The position numbers were made by a program, and so were the translations under genes. Positions 59,464 to 64,000 of a stretch of DNA of 64,000 nt are shown one piece after another. How positions within the stretch are numbered: position 1 is the first letter of the stretch; each line of letters starts with the position of its first letter. The stretch spans positions 155,983 through 219,982 of the forward strand of contig CP043985.1 in the NCBI GenBank assembly GCA_015134415.1. Reading direction: 5' to 3'. Below the pieces are notes generated by a model that searched no databases, had not been told where the DNA came from, and saw nothing but the letters and a program-made list of their open reading frames with translations. The stretch comes from Candidatus Stammera capleta. Its GTDB lineage: Bacteria; Pseudomonadota; Gammaproteobacteria; Enterobacterales; Enterobacteriaceae.

Positions 59464-59865
59464 TTTATATTAAATTATTATATTTTTTTAAAAAATTTTA
59501 TTTATATTATTTAAAGTGATATTAATTATACTTAATAAAAATTTTTATTAAAATATTTAAAAAATTAATAAAATATTATTATATATTAATAATAAATTTA
59601 AATATATTATTATAATATTTTTAAAAATATTTTTATTTTTTATAAGTATTAATTTTAATAAAAATTATTTTTTATTTTTATTATTTTATTTAGTTATTTT
59701 TTATGTATTTTTAAAATTATTTTTATTTATCAAATAAAATATTTTTTTAATATTATTTCTTAAATTTATAATTTATTATTATAATTTTGTAATATATATA
59801 TTATAATATATATGTATATTATATATTTATTTATAATATTTTTAATAATTTTTATAATTTATAAT

Positions 59866-60294
59866 ATGTTTATTATTTCTTTTGATTTTGGAATGAAAAA
59901 TATAGGTATTGCTATAGGTCAATTTTATACTAAAACAGCTAATCCTTTAATTTCAATAAATGCAAAACAAGGAATTCCAATAAATTGAATGGATATAAAA
60001 AAAATATTAGATATTTGGTTAATTAAAATTGCTGTTATTGGATATCCTTATTATTATAATATTAAGAATAATAATTGTAAATTAATTAAATTATATATAA
60101 GAAAATTTGCAAATAATTTAATTAATAAATTCAATTTACAAATTTTTTTTTCAGATGAAAGATTTACTTCTTGTGATGCTAGAAATTTTATAAGTAATAA
60201 TTTTAAGTTATATAATTCATTTTATTCAAATTATAATATTCATACTATTTCTGCTGTAATAATTTTAGAAAGATGATTAAAATTAAATTCTTAA
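59866..60294 (+). CDS. ruvX: YqgF/RuvX putative pre-16S rRNA nuclease (Holliday-junction-resolvase-like)
   Basis: [41 protein letters not shown]-...IAVIGYP...[28 protein letters not shown]...[10 protein letters not shown]- parallels E. coli YqgF (LLAFDFGTKSIGVAVGQ...ARKFANRI...HDERLST.EAR...SAVIILE). Its 3' end overlaps convergent rluD by 4 nt. Confidence 0.92.
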
Positions 60295-61244
60295 ATATAT
60301 CTTTTTTTTTCCATTCTTAACCAAAAAATTATATTTAATATATCTTTAGGAAGATTACAATTAATAACTATTTTATTTTTATTTATTGGATGTTTAAATA
60401 TTAATGTTGTTGCATGTAAAGCTTGTCTATTTAATTTTTTTATTTTATTTTTTATTAATTTTGAAATTTTTTTTTTATTAGTTATTTTTTTTGTTGTATA
60501 TATTTTTTCCCCTACTATTGGATGATTTATATAGTTCATATGTAATCTAATTTGATGAGTTCTACCAGTTTCTAATTTAATTTCTAATAATGTAAAAAAA
60601 TTAAATTTTTCTAGTACTCTAAAATAAGTAATTGCTTTTTTACCATTTTTTTCTACAGACATTATTTTTCTATTATATTTATTTCTTTTTATATATGTTT
60701 TGATAATACCTAATTTTTTTTTAATATTACCATATACTAAAGTTTTATATATACGAATTATTTTTCTTTTTTTTATTTTTTTAATTAATTTTTTATAACT
60801 ATTTTTTTTTTTTGCTATTATTAATAACCCAGTTGTATCTTTATCCAATCTATGTACTATTCCTCATCTTGGAATTTTATTATATATATTAGGATATAAA
60901 TATATTAATTTATTTATTAATGTATCATTTAAATGACCTGCTCCCGGATGTATAATTATATTTTTTTTTTTATCTATTATTAGTAAATATTTATCTTCAT
61001 AAATTTTATTTATTTTAATATTTTTATTTTTTTTATATATATATGTATCTTCTTTTATAATTATTTTTATTATATCTTTAGGAAAAATTTTTGTATTATT
61101 TTTATTTACTATTTTATTATTTAAGTAGATTTTTTTATTTTTTATTAATTTTTGTATTTTATTTCTTGAATATTTTTTTATTTTTTTTGATAAAAATATA
61201 TCTATTCTTTTATTAAAATGTTTATTTTTTATAATTAGAAACAT
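60291..61244 (-). CDS. rluD: 23S rRNA pseudouridine synthase RluD
   Basis: ...[51 protein letters not shown]...ETGRTHQIRLHM... parallels E. coli RluD (VHPGAGNPDGTVLNALLHYYP...[22 protein letters not shown]). Two track ORFs are joined by one TGA. Confidence 0.92.
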
Positions 61245-61271
61245 ATTTATTTATTTTTTTTATTTATATTT

Positions 61272-62669
61272 TTATTTACCTATACAAAATTTTGAAAATA
61301 TATTTTTTATAATATTTTGCGATAAAATTTTATTTTTTCCTATAATTTCACATAAAAATTTTTGTGTTTCAAATAAATTTTCATATATTAAATCTAAATT
61401 TATTTTTTTATTTAAATAATATGTTTTAATTAATTTTTTTATTTTTTTAAAATTATTTAAACTTAATTTAATTAACTTAATATGTCTTTTTTTTGTTAAG
61501 AAATTACTTTTATTGTTTTTATTTTTTACTTTTTTTTTAATTACTTTTATTATTTTATTAATTCCAATTTTTTTTTTAATTGATATATTTAATATTATAT
61601 ATTTTTTTTTTTTGATAATATTAAATTTTTCATTTGTTAAATCTATTTTATTACGTAATAATATATGTATTTTTTTTTTTCTTTTTATTTTATTTAATAT
61701 TTTTTTTTTATAATATTTTATAATATTTTTTTCAGATATTTTGTATGAGTTTTCTATAAATATTATTATATTTGATTTATTAATTTCTTTTCATGTTTTT
61801 TTAATTCCTATTTTTTCTATTTTATTTTTTGTATTATGTATTCCTGCTGTATCTAATATTTTGAAATTTTTGTTATTTATTTTTATATTTTCTTTTATTA
61901 TATCTCTTGTAGTTCCTTTTATATTTGTTATGATTGATGTATTATTTAATGTTAAAAAGTTCATTAAACTTGATTTTCCAACATTTGGTTTACCTATAAT
62001 TATTATTTTATTTTTATTATTATTTAGTAAATTTTTTTTAGTATTTATATATAATTTTTTAATTTTTCTATGAATTTTTATTATTTTTTTTTTTATATTA
62101 TTTACAATATTTGTATTAATTTCTTTTTCTGAAAAATTTATTTCTTTTTCTATATTAATTAAATTGTTTTTAATAATTTTTATTATTTTTTTAATTTTAT
62201 TAGAAAATTTTCCTTTAAAAGATTGTATAGCTGAAAAAATTTGATTTTTAGAATTTGAATATATAAGTTCTTTTATAGATTCTGCTTGAATTAAATCTAT
62301 TTTTTTATTTATAAACGCTCTTTCGGTAAATTCTCCTGCATATGCTATTCTTACATTTTTTATTTTTAATTTTATTATAGATTTTATAATTAATTCTATT
62401 ATTTTTTGACCCCCATGACTATGAATTTCTAAAATATCTTCTCCAGTAAATGAATTAGGTTTTTTAAAATATATAATTATTCCATAATCTATAATTATAT
62501 TATTTTTATTTTTTATAGGTAAATATGTTGCATATCTATTTTTTGTTATTTTTCCTATTATTATTTTAGATATTTTTTTTACTTTATTTCCTGATATTCT
62601 TACTATCCCTATCCCCCCATATCCTATAGGAGTAGATTGAGCTAATATAGTGTCTTTTATATTATTCAT
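61272..62669 (-). CDS. mnmE: tRNA modification GTPase MnmE (TrmE), 465 aa
   Basis: The N-terminus ...DTILAQSTPIGYGGIGIVRISG...FTGEDILEIHSHGG...AGEFTERAFINKKIDLIQAESI..., the G-domain GKPNVGKSSLMN...DTAG, and the diagnostic C-terminal ...FCIGK motif just before TAA. Confidence 0.95.
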
Positions 62670-63029
62670 TATTTTTTGTTATTTTTTATATATTAATTAA
62701 TTAATAAATATAATATTAATATATTATTAAATTTAATATAATAATAATATTATTATATTTATTTTTTATTATTATTTTTATATATTGTTATAAATTATAT
62801 TTATAATAATTAATGATATTTATTATATTTTTATAAATTATTTACTTATAAATTAATTTTATGTTTTAAAATTATTTTATTTTTTTAGTATAATATATTA
62901 TATGTAAAATTAAAAATTAATATTTTTATTTTTTAATAATGATAAATTTAAAATATATTAGTTATATTTTTTATTTATATTAAATATTTTATATTTTTTT
63001 TAACTTTTTATTTTTTATATTTTATATTT

Positions 63030-63383
63030 TTATATATAATATTTTTTTCAAATTTTTTTGAAGTAATTAAATATATTTTTTTTTTTTAATAATAATATAT
63101 TTTTTTTTAAAATTATTAAATAATTTAATTTTTTTATTTTATATTGGTTTATTCTAAATGTTTCTAATATTATTCTTTTGTATTTATTTCTTAATGTAGA
63201 TAATTTTATATATTTTTTTTTTATTAAAGTAGCTATTTTAGGACTTTTATTTTTATTATGTAAATATTTTATTATTATATATTTATATATATTTATTTTA
63301 ATATTATTTTTTTTTTTATAAATTTTATTGAAATATTTTATTTTTATTTTTTTTTCTTTTGTAAGAGATAATTTTTCTTCCAT
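63030..63383 (-). CDS. rnpA: RNase P protein component
   Basis: ...[39 protein letters not shown]... parallels the RnpA RNR motif region (...AHERNRIKRLTRESFRL...DFVVVAKK). It is downstream of and overlapping rpmH. A TGA at 63048-63050 is followed by 5 codons, then TAA. Confidence 0.85.
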
Positions 63384-63459
63384 TTTTAGTTTTCATTCTT
63401 TTTCTAAAACCATGTTTACGTTTTTTTTTTATATTTGATGGTTGAAATGTTCTTTTCAT
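63325..63459 (-). CDS. rpmH: 50S ribosomal protein L34
   Basis: [32 protein letters not shown]... parallels E. coli L34 ([31 protein letters not shown]). It is 44 aa and below the ORF-track cutoff. It overlaps the rnpA start by 59 nt in another frame. Confidence 0.93.
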   Translation of the reverse strand: MKRTFQPSNIKKKRKHGFRKRMKTKNGRKIISYKRKKNKNKIFQ

Positions 63460-63850
63460 ATTTATATTTTAAATTATTTTTAGTTTAAATTATTTTTAAT
63501 AATATTTTATTTTTATTATAAATAAATATTTAATTAAAATAAAATATTATTAAAATATGAGTTTAACATGTGAATGATATTATTACAAGTTGTTTAATAA
63601 TAAATTAATTATTTTTTATTTATATTAATTTAATATCATAATTTATGTAATTAATTAATTTATTTATTATATTATATTAATAAATATATTTTTAAATATT
63701 TTAAAATATATAAAAATTTATTTAAATATAAAATATATTTTAGTTAAATTTTAATTTGTTAAAATTAAATATTATTATATTTATAATATAATTGATAATA
63801 TTATAATATAAAATTTAATAATTTATTAGAAATAATATTAAAGTGTAAAT

Positions 63851-63999
63851 ATGCATTTTATAATAGAAAAAGAAAAAATTGTTATTTTATTAAGTAAGTT
63901 TAATACATATATAGGTAATTCTTTAAAAAATCCAATTTTATCAAATATTTTATTAATTTTAAAAGGTAATAAATTGATTTTTATAGTAACTAATTTAGA
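63851..63999 (+). CDS. dnaN: DNA polymerase III beta sliding clamp, 5' end (runs off window), with an apparent -1 frame break at 63958-63964
   Basis: MHFIIEKEKIVILLSKFNTYIGNSLKNPILSNILLIL matches the DnaN N-terminus (MKFTVEREHLL...LPILGNLLLQV). The expected continuation KGNKLIFIVTNLD (E. coli ..DGTLSLTGTDLE) is in the -1 frame from 63961. The zero frame hits TAG at 63983-63985. Confidence 0.85.
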   Translation, partial: MHFIIEKEKIVILLSKFNTYIGNSLKNPILSNILLILKGNKLIFIVTNL

Positions 64000-64000
64000 T

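Noticed and set aside
63569-63577. A DnaA-box-like nonamer, TGTGAATGA, in the rpmH-dnaN spacer.
   Set aside because: It is a single copy with a mismatch to the TGTGNAWAA consensus, in a region where A/T-rich near-matches are expected by chance, and no dnaA gene is present locally. It is mentioned only as a possible relic.

Overview
The window is extremely AT-rich (about 10-15% GC by eye) and gene-dense. It is almost all housekeeping genes and only makes sense if TGA is read as Trp (translation table 4). Under the standard code nearly every conserved gene (rpoB, rpoC, leuS, recBCD, glnS, lepA and others) breaks into fragments exactly at TGA, and several of those TGAs sit at Trp positions I recall from E. 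coli homologues. TAA and TAG are the real stops. Read this way I can support 55 protein genes and one tRNA-Ser(UGA). I found no rRNA, CRISPR array, IS element, prophage or defence island. Operon order is gammaproteobacterial/enterobacterial in style: nusG-rplKAJL-rpoBC, lepA-lepB-rnc-era, thrS-infC-rpmI-rplT-pheST, recC-recB-recD, sufBCDSE, rne<>rluC and mnmE-rnpA-rpmH|dnaN. This points to a very reduced obligate (probably insect) endosymbiont rather than a mollicute or organelle; I cannot name the organism from sequence alone. I did not find a discrete new multi-gene system. The main observations are: (1) UGA->Trp recoding, with read-through tails and gene overlaps that may follow from it; (2) no dnaA at the rpmH|dnaN junction and no yidC between rnpA and mnmE; (3) a frame break in dnaN exactly on a T_TTA_AAG -1 slippery-type heptamer; (4) ThrRS without its N-terminal editing domain and LeuRS with degenerate CP1 editing residues; (5) infC with no canonical start codon (AUU start as in E. 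coli); (6) a 240-codon orphan ORF of very low complexity after glnS; (7) unusually long non-coding spacers, including 836 bp after glnS; (8) intact recBCD despite heavy domain and gene loss elsewhere. All homology calls are by-eye comparisons with remembered E. coli sequences. E. coli lengths are approximate and no database search was run. The printed sequence ends at position 63999.
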